Shown here one piece after another: positions 30,193 to 40,193 of a stretch of 64,000 nucleotides of DNA; positions within the stretch are counted from its first letter, which is position 1; every line of letters begins with the position of its first letter. The stretch is taken from NCBI GenBank assembly GCA_965203175.1, contig OZ241867.1, forward strand, positions 1,312,001 to 1,376,000, written 5' to 3'. The notes under the pieces are model-generated. The model saw nothing but the letters and a program-made list of their open reading frames with translations. It made no database searches and was not told the origin of the DNA. Source of the stretch: Candidatus Latescibacterota bacterium. Lineage in GTDB: Bacteria > Latescibacterota > UBA2968 > UBA8231. The translations under genes were made by a program, and so were the position numbers.

Positions 30193-32337
30193 TCAACGGA
30201 CCAGGGTCATGGGTCGGATCTTGCGCAGATCGCGAGCTTTGAGGACGGCAAAGTAGATTCCGCTAGCCACGTTGAAGCCCGAGGCATTGCGCGCGTCCCA
30301 CATCACCTCGTGATAGCCCGAGGTGACGTCCCCTTCCACCAAGGTGCAGATCCACTGGCCCGCCGCATTGTAGATATCCAGCTTAGCAGGTCCTGCTTGG
30401 GGCAGGGCAAAGCGGATGCGGGTGATGGGATTGAATGGATTCGGATAGTTTTCCAGCAGCGCTGGTGCTTCTGGTAAAGGCTGGCTGGCCGCGGACTCTT
30501 CTACGGCCGTGGGAATCTCGCCCGGCAGCAGGAATTCGATGCCGGGCAGGCGGTCCCCGTCTTGATCCACCACGTGTGCGGCCAGCATGGTGTTCCCGGC
30601 CGAGTTGCCGATTTTGAAGAGTAATCTGTTTTCTCCCTGCACTAGGCGAATCGGAACCTTCTGGTCGGCCAGTTGAAAATTGCGCCGAGCGACGTTCTCA
30701 TAGACTACATCGCCATTCAGCCAGACCTTGGCGTAGTCGCCATAGCCGAGCCACAGGAAGCCTTCCTGCGCCTGCGGTGTATGCACTAGAGTGAAGGCGT
30801 AGTTGGCGATGTTCTGATCCTTTCCATTGAGGTCGCCCAGTGGCAAAATTTCAGCGGTGTAACCAAGGTGCTCCACCTGCGTCCACACCACATCGCCAGC
30901 CGGTTCGCCCTCTCGGGGATATAGCTGGGCTTCGTTGGGCAGAGGCTCGGAGCCGATATCGCTGCTGTTGGGGAACGGACCGGCGACGAGCCAGCGCCGG
31001 ATGCCGCGCCCGTAGAACGCGCCACTGCGACCGCCACCACGAGATTTGACGAAGTTGCGCTGTACGCTGTCGGGCGCACGTCCCTCCACTTGGATTCGGT
31101 TTAGATCGAAAGTGCCAAAGCCCTTGGCCGCTGCTAGGTAGAGATGTTCCAAGTCGAGTGGATTGAAGCCCATGACCACGTTGGCCACGGCCTCGGTGGC
31201 GAGGGGATCGCCGCCGGCTACCACCACATTGTGCTGGACGTTCTGCCCCCACTGCGGCCCATCGCCTTCGGTGCCCCAGAATCCCTCGATGACGGTATAG
31301 GCCGCCGGGTTGTAGGAGAACAGGTCCACGTACCCGTGCTCGGGGTTGTTTTGGTAGTGCTGGCGCTTGGAGGTGCCATCGCCGTAGGCTTCCGAGGCTA
31401 GGGTGCCGACGTAATTCTTGATGCCTAGGGTGGTGCCGTAGATCGTGGTCTTCATGGCGGCGATGGAAATTACTTTATCGGCGTCTAGGATCGGTTCGGG
31501 CATGAAGTAACCGTCCTTGCGGAAGCTGCCGGTGCCCTCTACGTGGAAGCCGAACTGGGCACCTGGATATCGCAGACGGGTCACTCCCAAGCGCTGAATG
31601 GGTCCGCCCGGAACCGGCTCAAGGCGGAAGGGGGCGTAGTTGAGGTCAGAGGTGTCCACCACGGTGGAGACTCCCGTGGCGGCGAACTCTTCTAGCATCT
31701 TGATGTACGAGAGATCGCCGAATTCGGGATAGGTCGCGGACCAGCCGTCTTCTTCTGCATTGGAGGGAAAGCCAGGCTCTCCTTTGCGGGGCGATTCGGC
31801 CCCGCCCTCGGCAATGGTGATGCGCCGCGGCCCCACCTGCTCAGTGAGGTAGTTAATCACGCTCTTTACCACCCGCAAATCCGTGATCTGGCCGGGGTGT
31901 TCAATGCCATTGTGGTAGTATGCCGAGGAGGGATTTCCCCTGTTGGTCACAATGTTGACTTTGACGACGACCCAGTCGCTTGGCTCGACGACGGCGCGGA
32001 TGGAGCGCTCCGATTGATCTAGGTCAAGGGCGCTGCGGACGATGGCGTCCACTTGCGCGAAGCTCAAGGAGGCGTTTAGGGTTGCCGACGAGGCCAACTC
32101 CGGGTCGCTCGAAGTGGCAACCGCCACGGTCGGATTGCCCTCGCCCAAGGTGAGGGTGCCAGGGCGCAGGAGGGGCAAGCCTTCTACCTGAAGGGGCTCT
32201 TGGGCTTGCTGCGCCGAGCCTGCCGTCCCAACGAAAAAGGTCTGCGCTTGGTGGGCGTAGATGTCCCAGCCGATCAGCGCGCCGATCAGCAGGAGCAGCG
32301 CCGAAGTGGCAAGTTTGCGTTTTGTTATTTGGGGCAT
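30193..32337 (-). CDS. Secreted DUF362-domain protein with C-terminal FlgD-Ig/T9SS-CTD-like domain
   Basis: N-terminal hydrophobic segment, DUF362-like MKTT..TTLGIKN and EGDGP..G motifs, tail PTAVEE...NYPNPFNP...WDARN..G..VASGIYF. Start trimmed to MPQITK. Confidence 0.75.
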   Translation of the reverse strand: MPQITKRKLATSALLLLIGALIGWDIYAHQAQTFFVGTAGSAQQAQEPLQVEGLPLLRPGTLTLGEGNPTVAVATSSDPELASSATLNASLSFAQVDAIVRSALDLDQSERSIRAVVEPSDWVVVKVNIVTNRGNPSSAYYHNGIEHPGQITDLRVVKSVINYLTEQVGPRRITIAEGGAESPRKGEPGFPSNAEEDGWSATYPEFGDLSYIKMLEEFAATGVSTVVDTSDLNYAPFRLEPVPGGPIQRLGVTRLRYPGAQFGFHVEGTGSFRKDGYFMPEPILDADKVISIAAMKTTIYGTTLGIKNYVGTLASEAYGDGTSKRQHYQNNPEHGYVDLFSYNPAAYTVIEGFWGTEGDGPQWGQNVQHNVVVAGGDPLATEAVANVVMGFNPLDLEHLYLAAAKGFGTFDLNRIQVEGRAPDSVQRNFVKSRGGGRSGAFYGRGIRRWLVAGPFPNSSDIGSEPLPNEAQLYPREGEPAGDVVWTQVEHLGYTAEILPLGDLNGKDQNIANYAFTLVHTPQAQEGFLWLGYGDYAKVWLNGDVVYENVARRNFQLADQKVPIRLVQGENRLLFKIGNSAGNTMLAAHVVDQDGDRLPGIEFLLPGEIPTAVEESAASQPLPEAPALLENYPNPFNPITRIRFALPQAGPAKLDIYNAAGQWICTLVEGDVTSGYHEVMWDARNASGFNVASGIYFAVLKARDLRKIRPMTLVR

Positions 32338-32358
32338 GACCAACTCTCCCGTATTAAT

Positions 32359-32385
32359 CCGCAGATGGACGCAGATGGACGCAGA
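32359..32385. repeat. Short tandem repeat (CGCAGATGGA) x2.5
   Basis: ccgcagatggacgcagatggacgcaga in the intergenic spacer. Confidence 0.6.
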
Positions 32386-32435
32386 ATAGTAGAAACGAGA
32401 CGATCTGTATCTCGAATCGTTCAAGTTCTATATAG

Positions 32436-32999
32436 TTACGGTATTTGGCGCAGTATTGAAAGTGATCCTTGGCCTATCTTGATTTTTCCCCAACTCAACT
32501 TCTCGATTGCGGTAGCGTCTGGACTGTGCACGTAGATTTCCACCTCGTAGAAGATGGTAGGGCCCAGCGTCCATAGTTCGAGGTTGTCGGCCATAGTGTC
32601 GGGGGGGAAATGAATCTCAATCCACTGGTTCACTGCCCGCGCATTCTCTTCGATCAGGGCGGTTTGCACTCCTTCGGGTTCGCGCAGGGTGCCGGTCTCG
32701 TCTAAGCGCCCGCCTAGATAGGCGCGAACTTGGTAGTCGTTGCCGATGGCGCCGACGTAGATCCGCAACTTTTCCAATTGCAGCGGTTCCTCCCAGGCAA
32801 ATACCAAAATCCCTTTGGTATTCCAGGTGAAGGGTAGGGCATCGGCATCTTGGGGAACCTTGCCGTCCCCCAAGACATCGGGGTCGCCTTCGTGGGAATT
32901 CCAGATCGTAGCCCGGGTCACGGCGTCGGGTGTGATGTTGCGGCTGGAGGCACCCAAAAAAAAGAGGATCGCAAAAATTGCTGGTATGACTATTCTCAT
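32436..32999 (-). CDS. Secreted hypothetical protein with WGxIK tail
   Basis: Signal peptide MRIVIPAIFAILFFLGA, ends DATAIEKLSWGKIK plus a short extension. Confidence 0.7.
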   Translation of the reverse strand: MRIVIPAIFAILFFLGASSRNITPDAVTRATIWNSHEGDPDVLGDGKVPQDADALPFTWNTKGILVFAWEEPLQLEKLRIYVGAIGNDYQVRAYLGGRLDETGTLREPEGVQTALIEENARAVNQWIEIHFPPDTMADNLELWTLGPTIFYEVEIYVHSPDATAIEKLSWGKIKIGQGSLSILRQIP

Positions 33000-33185
33000 G
33001 CGGATAGCCTATGCCAAGGCGACCATGCAGGACTTGAAGATCTCCGATTCTACGCTTCTGATGAAGATGGCACGGGACGGCATGCAGTGAAAGCCTTCCT
33101 CTTTGTAGTGGCGACCTTGGCAAGCACAAGTGGGGTTGTGAGCGGGTCTCCCTAAATATATCTTGGGCGCAAAAGGAGGAGGACT

Positions 33186-33500
33186 ATGGAAGCAAACAAA
33201 ACCATTTCGCCAGAGGTGGGAACGCAGTTGCTCTTTGAGAATGATCGGGTGCGGGTTTGGGATCTGCGGTTGGCACCGGGCGAGAGCACGGGCCTGCATC
33301 GGCACGAGCACGACTACCTATACGTAGTTATTGGCGACGGCCGGTTGCAGGCGGCTGATGCAGAAGGAAACCGCGGGGAGGCTAGGGATATGCAGGATGG
33401 AGATGTGCGGTTCAGCGAGGTCGAAGGGGAGGCGGTACACGAGGCATTTAACGTCGGCGAAGGGCCGTGGCGGAATATTATCGTCGAATTGAAAGACTGA
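33186..33500 (+). CDS. Cupin domain protein
   Basis: Strong SD AAAGGAGGA, LLFENDRVRVW, HRHEHDY, VH..NVG. Confidence 0.85.
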   Translation: MEANKTISPEVGTQLLFENDRVRVWDLRLAPGESTGLHRHEHDYLYVVIGDGRLQAADAEGNRGEARDMQDGDVRFSEVEGEAVHEAFNVGEGPWRNIIVELKD

Positions 33501-33602
33501 AGCTAGCCACCATTAAGTCGGTCGTGACGGACTACGGAGTCAAGTAGACGAGCAAGCGGAAGAAGCTCCTTTAGCCGGACCTCGCTGGCCCAGCGGGAAG
33601 AA

Positions 33603-33959
33603 GTGGCCGGCCGGTACTTGACGGGATCCACAAGAAAAGGGTACAGCCGCCGACCCTTTGCGTGGCCTATTTTCAGCCCCATCAATGGCAAGTCCGCCGT
33701 GGTGGACGGATACCGAGCAGACACCCCTCGCCGAAAGGGTGGGATTGTGGCCTTCCTCAGGCGCAAGGTTTTGTCCTATGCCCCCGATGTTTGGTACGTT
33801 CCGAACAGCGTCAAGATCGGCCACGAGATAAGCGTCTCCTGCTACTTTTTTAAGCTGCAGCCGCTGTGCCCACTGGCGGAAATCCGAGCGGAGATTCGAG
33901 CATTGGAGCAGGAGGCAGAGGGGCTGTTGGACGAGATTATTGGGAAGTCTGGGGCATGA
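33603..33959 (+). pseudogene. Degenerate C-terminal remnant of a type I R-M methyltransferase subunit (HsdM)
   Basis: IVAFLRRKVLSYAPDVW...KIGHEIS...YFFK.QP...EIRAEIRALEQEAEGLLDEI resembles the HsdM C-terminal consensus (REVLP..PDAW...GYEI.F..YFY). No catalytic domain is present. Confidence 0.7.
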
Positions 33960-34035
33960 GCACACGGCAGTTTGGGATATATACACCCTGCGTATTCTTG
34001 CGCCGACGCCCGGTATTCCGGTATTATTATTATAA

Positions 34036-34064
34036 TTGAAAATGACAGATTTCCGCCCCATAAT
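34036..34064 (+). promoter_or_regulatory. Putative sigma70 promoter
   Basis: TTGAAA-17 bp-CATAAT in AT-rich DNA about 70 bp upstream of 34136. Confidence 0.45.
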
Positions 34065-34135
34065 TTTATAATGGACTGTTCAACAACAAGTTACGCAGAT
34101 GAATTTTTAGCAGGAATCTTGTTTATAGAGCAATT

Positions 34136-34621
34136 ATGAACGGCAAACGGCGATTACTTATTCTATCGTGTTCACAACGCAAACGCGCTTCTCACAAGCC
34201 GTTACCTGCAATTGACAGATACAACGGCCCGTTATTTTTGGTCTTACGTCGTTTCCTTCGTGAATGTCCGCATCAGGCAAGGCTGCTTGATGTATACATT
34301 TTATCTGCTGCCTATGGGCTTATTCCAGGGGATTTCCCAATTGCATGGTACGACCGAAAGATAAACACGTCGCGGGTCGTTGAGTTGCAGTCCCAAGTCA
34401 ATACAACGTTTTCAGATCTCCCACGCGACAACTACGCTTCAATCTGTTTTGTACTTGGGAAGACCTACCTGAAGGCATTTGAGGGCTTACAAGATTTGGT
34501 TCTAGCCCATACGGAACCAATTGTCGCTTATGGTCCGATGGGCAAAAAACAGACGCAACTGAAAAAATGGCTGTGGCGAGAACTTCGTTCGATAACGGAG
34601 GAAACTTATGGTTACTATTGA
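34136..34621 (+). CDS. DUF6884/YaaA-like protein
   Basis: ILSCSQRK, PAIDRYNGPLF, ILSAAYGLI, YD motifs. Confidence 0.7.
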   Translation: MNGKRRLLILSCSQRKRASHKPLPAIDRYNGPLFLVLRRFLRECPHQARLLDVYILSAAYGLIPGDFPIAWYDRKINTSRVVELQSQVNTTFSDLPRDNYASICFVLGKTYLKAFEGLQDLVLAHTEPIVAYGPMGKKQTQLKKWLWRELRSITEETYGYY

Positions 34622-34982
34622 AATTCTCGAACAAGTTGATGCAGAAGGACAAGAAGACGCTGAAGAAGGCGAGCCAACGATCAGGGAAAAAATAGAGATA
34701 GAAAGAATTGAATTTTTGCACATTACTCCTGTGAATACGAAAGCCGGCAGTCTGATTCCGATAACTGAACTTTTGAATCTCATCACCGAAATCAAACCGA
34801 TCGGACAACCACAACAGGAAGAACTTGACCGTTATTATGCCCAGCGTGTGTCTGTTTATGAGGACGGAGATTTATCATCCAAAGCACTAGACCTTCCACA
34901 CTACATCGGGCTACGTGTTGTGTTGGAAAATGTCCTACAAAAATACGGTATATCCGATAACCTGCAAATCCGAATTAGTTGA
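34608..34982 (+). CDS. Hypothetical acidic protein
   Basis: SD GGAGG, overlaps the upstream stop, low-GC codon usage. Confidence 0.6.
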   Translation: MVTIEILEQVDAEGQEDAEEGEPTIREKIEIERIEFLHITPVNTKAGSLIPITELLNLITEIKPIGQPQQEELDRYYAQRVSVYEDGDLSSKALDLPHYIGLRVVLENVLQKYGISDNLQIRIS

Positions 34983-35061
34983 GGTCCTTTGATGACTATC
35001 CTTTCGCTTGATGAATTCAGATCTTCACCAGATGCTCGGTTTTCCGAGGGCACTTGGGTTG

Positions 35062-36221
35062 GGCGTTGTTGCATGAAAGCTGTGTTCGGGTCTTGAAATG
35101 AGTCAGGCTCTTCGGTTAGATTGGTTCGTGGTTTCCAGCAAGAAACACGTTCCTTTCTTCCCAAAGAGCCTGTGATGAGCAAAGTATCTGGCAGTTCGCC
35201 CTCGGTCAAGTCGCAACCGGTGTATCGGGTTAAGAATTGGTCGTCGTATAATCGGGCGTTGGTGGCTCGTGGTAGCCTGACGGTGTGGCTGGACGATGGT
35301 CTGTGGAAGCAATGGTATGCTCAGGGGCCATCGCAACGGGGTGCTCAGTTTGTCTATTCGGATCCAGCGATTGAATGGATGTTGACGATGCGGGTGTTGC
35401 TTGGGTTGCCGTTGCGCCAGACGCAGGGGTTTATCCAATCGCTGTTGGACTTGATGGGGTTGGCCTTGGCCGTGCCGGACTACTCGACCTTGTCGCGTCG
35501 CCAAGGGGCCTTGGCGGTGGAGTTGCCGAAAAAGCAGCCCGATAGCCCGGCTAGCCCGATGCACTTGGTAGTGGATTCGACGGGTTTGAAAGTCTATGGC
35601 GAGGGCGAGAGGAAAGTCCGTCAACACGGCTGGACCAAACGGCGCACGTGGCGCAAACTGCATGTGGGGGTCAACGAGGCCACCGGCGAGGTGGTCGCGC
35701 AGACGTTGACGTCCCATCGGATCGATGATGCCTCGCAGGTGGCCCCTCTGTTGACCCAAGTCGACGAGGCGGTGGAGGCGGTAGGCGGCGATGGGGCCTA
35801 TGACAAACAGAAGGTGTTCGACGCCTTGGCCACGCGGAGTGATCCCTCGATTCGGCCGATCATCGCACTGCGCAAAGACGCTACAATCCATCAGCATGGT
35901 AATTGTAAGGTCCCCCCGTTGGCGCGCGATGAAATCCTGCGGGCCATACGACGAAAGGGACGCAAGGAGTGGAAACAGGCCAGTGGCTATCATCGACGCT
36001 CGTTGGCCGAAACGCAAATCTATCGCTATAAGCACCTCATCGGCGACAAGCTGAAGGCGCGTAGCTGGATCAACCAACAGGTCGAAAGTCGCCTCGGCTG
36101 TGCCCTCCTCAATCGAATGATCCATGTGGGCAAACCCCAGTCGTATCGAGTAGAAAAAATCAACTGAACAAAAAACAACATTCGACAATGATGCCCCAGA
36201 TATGATTCATGCAACAACGCC
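35062..36221 (+). mobile_element. IS5-family (IS903-like) insertion sequence
   Basis: Perfect 16-bp terminal inverted repeats GGCGTTGTTGCATGAA / TTCATGCAACAACGCC, flanked by a 4-bp direct repeat GTTG (35058-35061 and 36222-36225). Confidence 0.9.
35121..36167 (+). CDS. IS5 family DDE transposase
   Basis: YRVKNWSSYNRALVARGSLTVW, VDSTGLK, GDGAYD, YHRRSLAE. True start may be ATG 35176. Confidence 0.93.
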   Translation: MVRGFQQETRSFLPKEPVMSKVSGSSPSVKSQPVYRVKNWSSYNRALVARGSLTVWLDDGLWKQWYAQGPSQRGAQFVYSDPAIEWMLTMRVLLGLPLRQTQGFIQSLLDLMGLALAVPDYSTLSRRQGALAVELPKKQPDSPASPMHLVVDSTGLKVYGEGERKVRQHGWTKRRTWRKLHVGVNEATGEVVAQTLTSHRIDDASQVAPLLTQVDEAVEAVGGDGAYDKQKVFDALATRSDPSIRPIIALRKDATIHQHGNCKVPPLARDEILRAIRRKGRKEWKQASGYHRRSLAETQIYRYKHLIGDKLKARSWINQQVESRLGCALLNRMIHVGKPQSYRVEKIN

Positions 36222-36898
36222 GTTGCAAACTCACCGTATGCCGGCTCTCCACTGATCCGTTCGCGATTTTTGAATGCAAGCGCGTGGGGGTGGAGGAAGG
36301 GATGAGAAAAGGACCTCAGACGATTGAAAAAGCAAAACAGGGCGCTTACGTTGCACGGTCTGTCTCTTCTCTGCAAAAAGTGCGGCTTCGGAATGGGCAG
36401 TTTCAAGGTGTCATGGAACAACTCGACGGTAGCCTTCGAACTGACCTCTACGATAAATTACTCAAGGAAGTCATCGATGCGCCGTCGGTTGTTGAGTTCG
36501 CTGGATTCATACTTACCGTTGGTGCCGTCAGCAACCATGGCAACTGGTTTACCTCTGATAACCACAACAAGGAACTTCGCGTACTGGCTCAGTCATATGA
36601 CTGGCTCTTATTTCTCACAGACGCTGGGTTATCTCAGTTTATTGACAGGCTGCTGCTCAACCCTACACCAGAACTGGAACCTGCTCGTGAGGCGTTCTTA
36701 GCAAGCTATCCCCGTAGCTCTGGAACGAATAGATTCACCAAGGTGCGCATGGCCGTTGACGCAGACGAAGCGCTCCGAAGCTACTTCATGGGGCACGAAG
36801 CCGAGGTCGAAACGTGGTTTAACGTCATCTCTCCCCATGACGGTACGATTGAGAACCTACAGGTTGATCTGCGGAAACTCGCAACAAAAGGCTGGTAG
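36222..36898 (+). pseudogene. 5'-truncated putative restriction endonuclease
   Basis: The ORF start codon lies inside the IS right end. FECKRVG is an ExK-like motif. The gene lies directly upstream of an m6A methyltransferase. The reconstructed pre-insertion frame meets a stop at 35012-35014 with no good start. Confidence 0.5.
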
Positions 36899-36912
36899 GA
36901 GGAAGACTAAGC

Positions 36913-37509
36913 ATGACTGCAGGACGTAACAATGCTGAAGTGCTAAGTCAACACTGGTGCACTCCGCCAAAGTACGTTAACGCGATACGAGAGTTTTTCG
37001 CCGAATCAGTCGCGCTGGATCCATGCTCCAATCGCCATTCTATCGTGGGGGCGACTGTAGAGTACTCTCTGCCTGAGATTGACGGATTGTCAGCATCGTG
37101 GAATTATCCGACCATCTTCGTCAATCCTCCTTACGGCAGGGACCGCAAGAGGGGCACCACGATTCGAGATTGGCTCCGAAAATGTACCGAGGCTCACTTA
37201 CAACATGGTGTTGAGGTGCTCGCCCTTGTGCCTGTCGCTACGAATACTCGCCACTGGAAACAATACGTATTCGGCGCTGCTACTGCGGTCGCATTTCTCT
37301 ACGACACTCGGCTGCGCTTCCTCGTGAACGGGAAGGACGGCGGCAAAGGTGCTCCAATGTCCTGCGCGATGGTCTATTGGGGTCCGCAGTACGAGCGCTT
37401 TGAAAAGATATTCGTCCGCTTTGGGGCGGTCGTTGACGTTCGGCATCTACACGGGAAACTCGTTGGCACAGGCGAGCACTTGGATCTATTCGAAAGAGTG
37501 GAGAACTAA
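36913..37509 (+). CDS. DNA N6-adenine methyltransferase (phage Dam-like family)
   Basis: W.TP, LDPCS, DGL...W, catalytic FVNPPYG, LVP..T, RLRF. Confidence 0.85.
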   Translation: MTAGRNNAEVLSQHWCTPPKYVNAIREFFAESVALDPCSNRHSIVGATVEYSLPEIDGLSASWNYPTIFVNPPYGRDRKRGTTIRDWLRKCTEAHLQHGVEVLALVPVATNTRHWKQYVFGAATAVAFLYDTRLRFLVNGKDGGKGAPMSCAMVYWGPQYERFEKIFVRFGAVVDVRHLHGKLVGTGEHLDLFERVEN

Positions 37510-37512
37510 CGC

Positions 37513-38535
37513 TTATCCTCCTAATCCCTGTAGCTGCGTTGGCTCTTCGAGCGGCACCACGGGATTTTCCAAAATTCCGATTCCGCCGGAAAACTCCAAC
37601 TGCATCACGTCTCCGTCCAAAAGCCCTGTCGCCAAGTCCGCCTCGGCAAAGACGATGGGCGTCCCCCAGTAAAACGCCATCAGGGTGCGCGGCGCTAGGG
37701 GCAACCGACTGAAAAGGTGGCGCTCTAAGTGCAGGAGCCGCCCGGGCATGTTCAGGTTGTTCTGGCCGGTCGGGCCTTTCTTGTAGGCTATGGATTGTCC
37801 GTCGCGCAAGATGCGGCACGAGACCTCGACCTCGGCGTCGTCGTACTCGTCGGCTGTAATCAACACCGGCCCTAGGGAAGCGCAGCCACCCGCCCAGTTT
37901 TTGGCTTGGGGCAGGTTGAGGGGATTGGCGGCCTCAATGCCGTTGTCGGTGGCGTCGTTGCCGCCGGTGTAGCCCAGCCTCTCCAAGTGGCCTTGGCGCG
38001 TCAGGCCGTAGACTGACACTAGCTCGGTCTCGGGTACTAAGCGCTGGGTGTCGCCGGGCCGGGTGATGGGCTGGCCGTGACCGACGACGGCGTCCGGCTC
38101 GCCTTTGGCGAACAACTCGGGCCGCCCGCCGCCGGACACTTCGCGGTATTTCTGGTCATACACGTTGACAGCCTCGCCGGTGGCTTGCTGGGCCTCGATT
38201 TCGCGCAATTTGGCGCTGACTTGGTGGGTCACGCCAGCCAGCCACACGCGCAGGGCGTAGGGATGGCCGGCCGGGCCGCTGACTGGCTTGGTGAGGTACG
38301 GGTCGCTGGTGCTGCGGTTGGCTAACAGCGCGTCTAGCGGCAAGCGCCGCGCCGCCCGTTTTTGCAGGTTTTGAGCGGCGGCTACTAACCCAATCTCGTC
38401 GCCGCCGCCGTCGTAGTAGAGCTGATGCACAGTGCGCAGTCCCTGTTCTGTATCCGTCAGATCTAAGACCTCGTCGCCGATGACGAGGCCTAAGCGCATG
38501 CCGTCGCCCGGCTCGATAAATTGCACTAGTTTCAC
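37513..38535 (-). CDS. Fumarylacetoacetate hydrolase family protein
   Basis: AGVT, RPELFAK, VPETEL, GYTGGND, NPLNLPQAK. Confidence 0.8.
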   Translation of the reverse strand: MKLVQFIEPGDGMRLGLVIGDEVLDLTDTEQGLRTVHQLYYDGGGDEIGLVAAAQNLQKRAARRLPLDALLANRSTSDPYLTKPVSGPAGHPYALRVWLAGVTHQVSAKLREIEAQQATGEAVNVYDQKYREVSGGGRPELFAKGEPDAVVGHGQPITRPGDTQRLVPETELVSVYGLTRQGHLERLGYTGGNDATDNGIEAANPLNLPQAKNWAGGCASLGPVLITADEYDDAEVEVSCRILRDGQSIAYKKGPTGQNNLNMPGRLLHLERHLFSRLPLAPRTLMAFYWGTPIVFAEADLATGLLDGDVMQLEFSGGIGILENPVVPLEEPTQLQGLGG

Positions 38536-38558
38536 GCGTATTGCTCCCTGGTAATCGT

Positions 38559-39386
38559 TTAAGAGATAAAGAGCGGCGCATCGGACTTGGGCGCGATGCC
38601 GGCCCGCTCGGCCCGCTCGATTAGGTCGAATATAGCGGCCTCACCGTCCGCTCCGTAGTCGAGCGTGTGCTGGTTGACGTACAACTCAATGTGCGCCTGC
38701 ATGACGCTGTCGTCCATTTCTTGGGCGTGCTGGCGGATGTAGCCCCGCACCGCGTCTGGGTGAGCATAGGCGTACTCCACGCTCCGCACGAGCGCGCTGT
38801 CGAGTTGGCCGATGAGTTTGGGGCCGAGGCTGCGCCGCGCGAGGATGCCGCCGAGGGGGATCGGATGCCCAGTGCTTTCCTCCCACCACTGGCCTAGGTC
38901 GATGATCGCTGCTAGCCCGTGTTGGGCATAGGTGAAGCGGCTCTCGTGGATGATGACGCCTGCGTCGACTACGCCTTGCGCGGTCGCGTCGACGATCTGG
39001 TCGAAAGGCATGACCGCTAGCCGCTCAATGCTGGGGTCAAAGAGCCGCAGCAAGAGGGCCGCGGTGGTCAGCCGCCCGGGAATGGCGATTCGCTTGTGTT
39101 TGAGGTCTTCCAGCGCCAGCTCCTCCCGCGCTACCAATAGCGGCCCGCATCCTCTCCCCAAGGCACCACCCGAGTGCAGGAGGCAGTACTCCTCCCGCAA
39201 ATGCGCCAGCGCGTGGAAGGATATTTTGGTCGCGTCGAGTTGCCCTCGCAGCGCCATCTCATTGAGCGTCTCGATGTCCGCCAGCACCTCCTCGCATACC
39301 GGCGCGCCGGCGATATGCCCGTGGACCAAGCCGCAAAAGACAAACGTATCGTTGGGACAGGGCGAATAGCCCAAGGTCACGCGCAT
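38559..39386 (-). CDS. mqnD: 1,4-dihydroxy-6-naphthoate synthase
   Basis: SPCPNDTF, GALGRGCGP, IIHESRFTY, HIELYVN. Confidence 0.93.
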   Translation of the reverse strand: MRVTLGYSPCPNDTFVFCGLVHGHIAGAPVCEEVLADIETLNEMALRGQLDATKISFHALAHLREEYCLLHSGGALGRGCGPLLVAREELALEDLKHKRIAIPGRLTTAALLLRLFDPSIERLAVMPFDQIVDATAQGVVDAGVIIHESRFTYAQHGLAAIIDLGQWWEESTGHPIPLGGILARRSLGPKLIGQLDSALVRSVEYAYAHPDAVRGYIRQHAQEMDDSVMQAHIELYVNQHTLDYGADGEAAIFDLIERAERAGIAPKSDAPLFIS

Positions 39387-40099
39387 AGCCCCTCCTTCAA
39401 GAGTTGCTGAACCGCTGTCTGCGCCCTAGCAGCGGCTCCTGGCAAATCCCATTGCTCCCGCGCGCGCTGCTCGACGATGTTGCTCATGGCGCGCAGTTCG
39501 GCAAAAGGCACCTCGTACAGGGCGCATAGGTGCGCGGCCGCCGCGCCCTCCATGTTTTCGCACAAGGCCTCAAAGCGCCGGCCCCTTTCTACCCCCAATT
39601 CGTCGGTTCCCGAGCATTCCTGCACGGTGACGAAGGGGCCGATGTGGGCTTCGGGTAAAGCCGCCGCCGCCCGCTGCACCCACTGCTCGTCGATGGGAAA
39701 GCAATTGTAGTAAGAGCGCCCTTTCTCCAGCACTGGAATGCCGATCAGCTCTCCACCCTGCCAGCCATCCGGCGTCCGCACCCCCAGATCTCCGTAGTTT
39801 TCCTCGCTGGCCAAGGCCAGGTCTCCTATGCTTGCCCCACTTTCTGGATACGCTCCACCCACACCGATCTGTACGACCCGCTGCGGCCGCTGCGCCTGCA
39901 AGTAGCAGGTGAGCGCGTGCGCTGTGTTCACTGCGCCGACTCCAGTCGCTACCAAAGTCACCGGCTGCGCGCCAATTTTCCCGCTCACCCATTCGCGCTC
40001 GGCGACTTTGTGCTGCACGCGCTCGGCCACGGCCTCTCTTAGGGCAAGCTGCTCAAAGGCCGTCGCGCTCAACACGAGTATCTCTTCCGTGGCCGTCAT
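39377..40099 (-). CDS. mqnB: Futalosine hydrolase
   Basis: PNP/UDP phosphorylase fold motifs GVG..N, GVGGAY, ENMEGAA, ELRAMSN. Overlaps mqnD. Confidence 0.85.
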   Translation of the reverse strand: MTATEEILVLSATAFEQLALREAVAERVQHKVAEREWVSGKIGAQPVTLVATGVGAVNTAHALTCYLQAQRPQRVVQIGVGGAYPESGASIGDLALASEENYGDLGVRTPDGWQGGELIGIPVLEKGRSYYNCFPIDEQWVQRAAAALPEAHIGPFVTVQECSGTDELGVERGRRFEALCENMEGAAAAHLCALYEVPFAELRAMSNIVEQRAREQWDLPGAAARAQTAVQQLLKEGLCA

Positions 40100-40193
40100 C
40101 CGGCAGTCCTGTTAAAATGTCGAATAATATACGGTTGACTGCACCGAGGGCCAGCCGTACAATCCGGCCAGTCACCCTTCCCTGGATAGCCTT

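Noticed and set aside
35103-36188. 361-aa antisense ORF over the transposase
   Set aside because: Antisense shadow of the IS5 transposase with no independent evidence.
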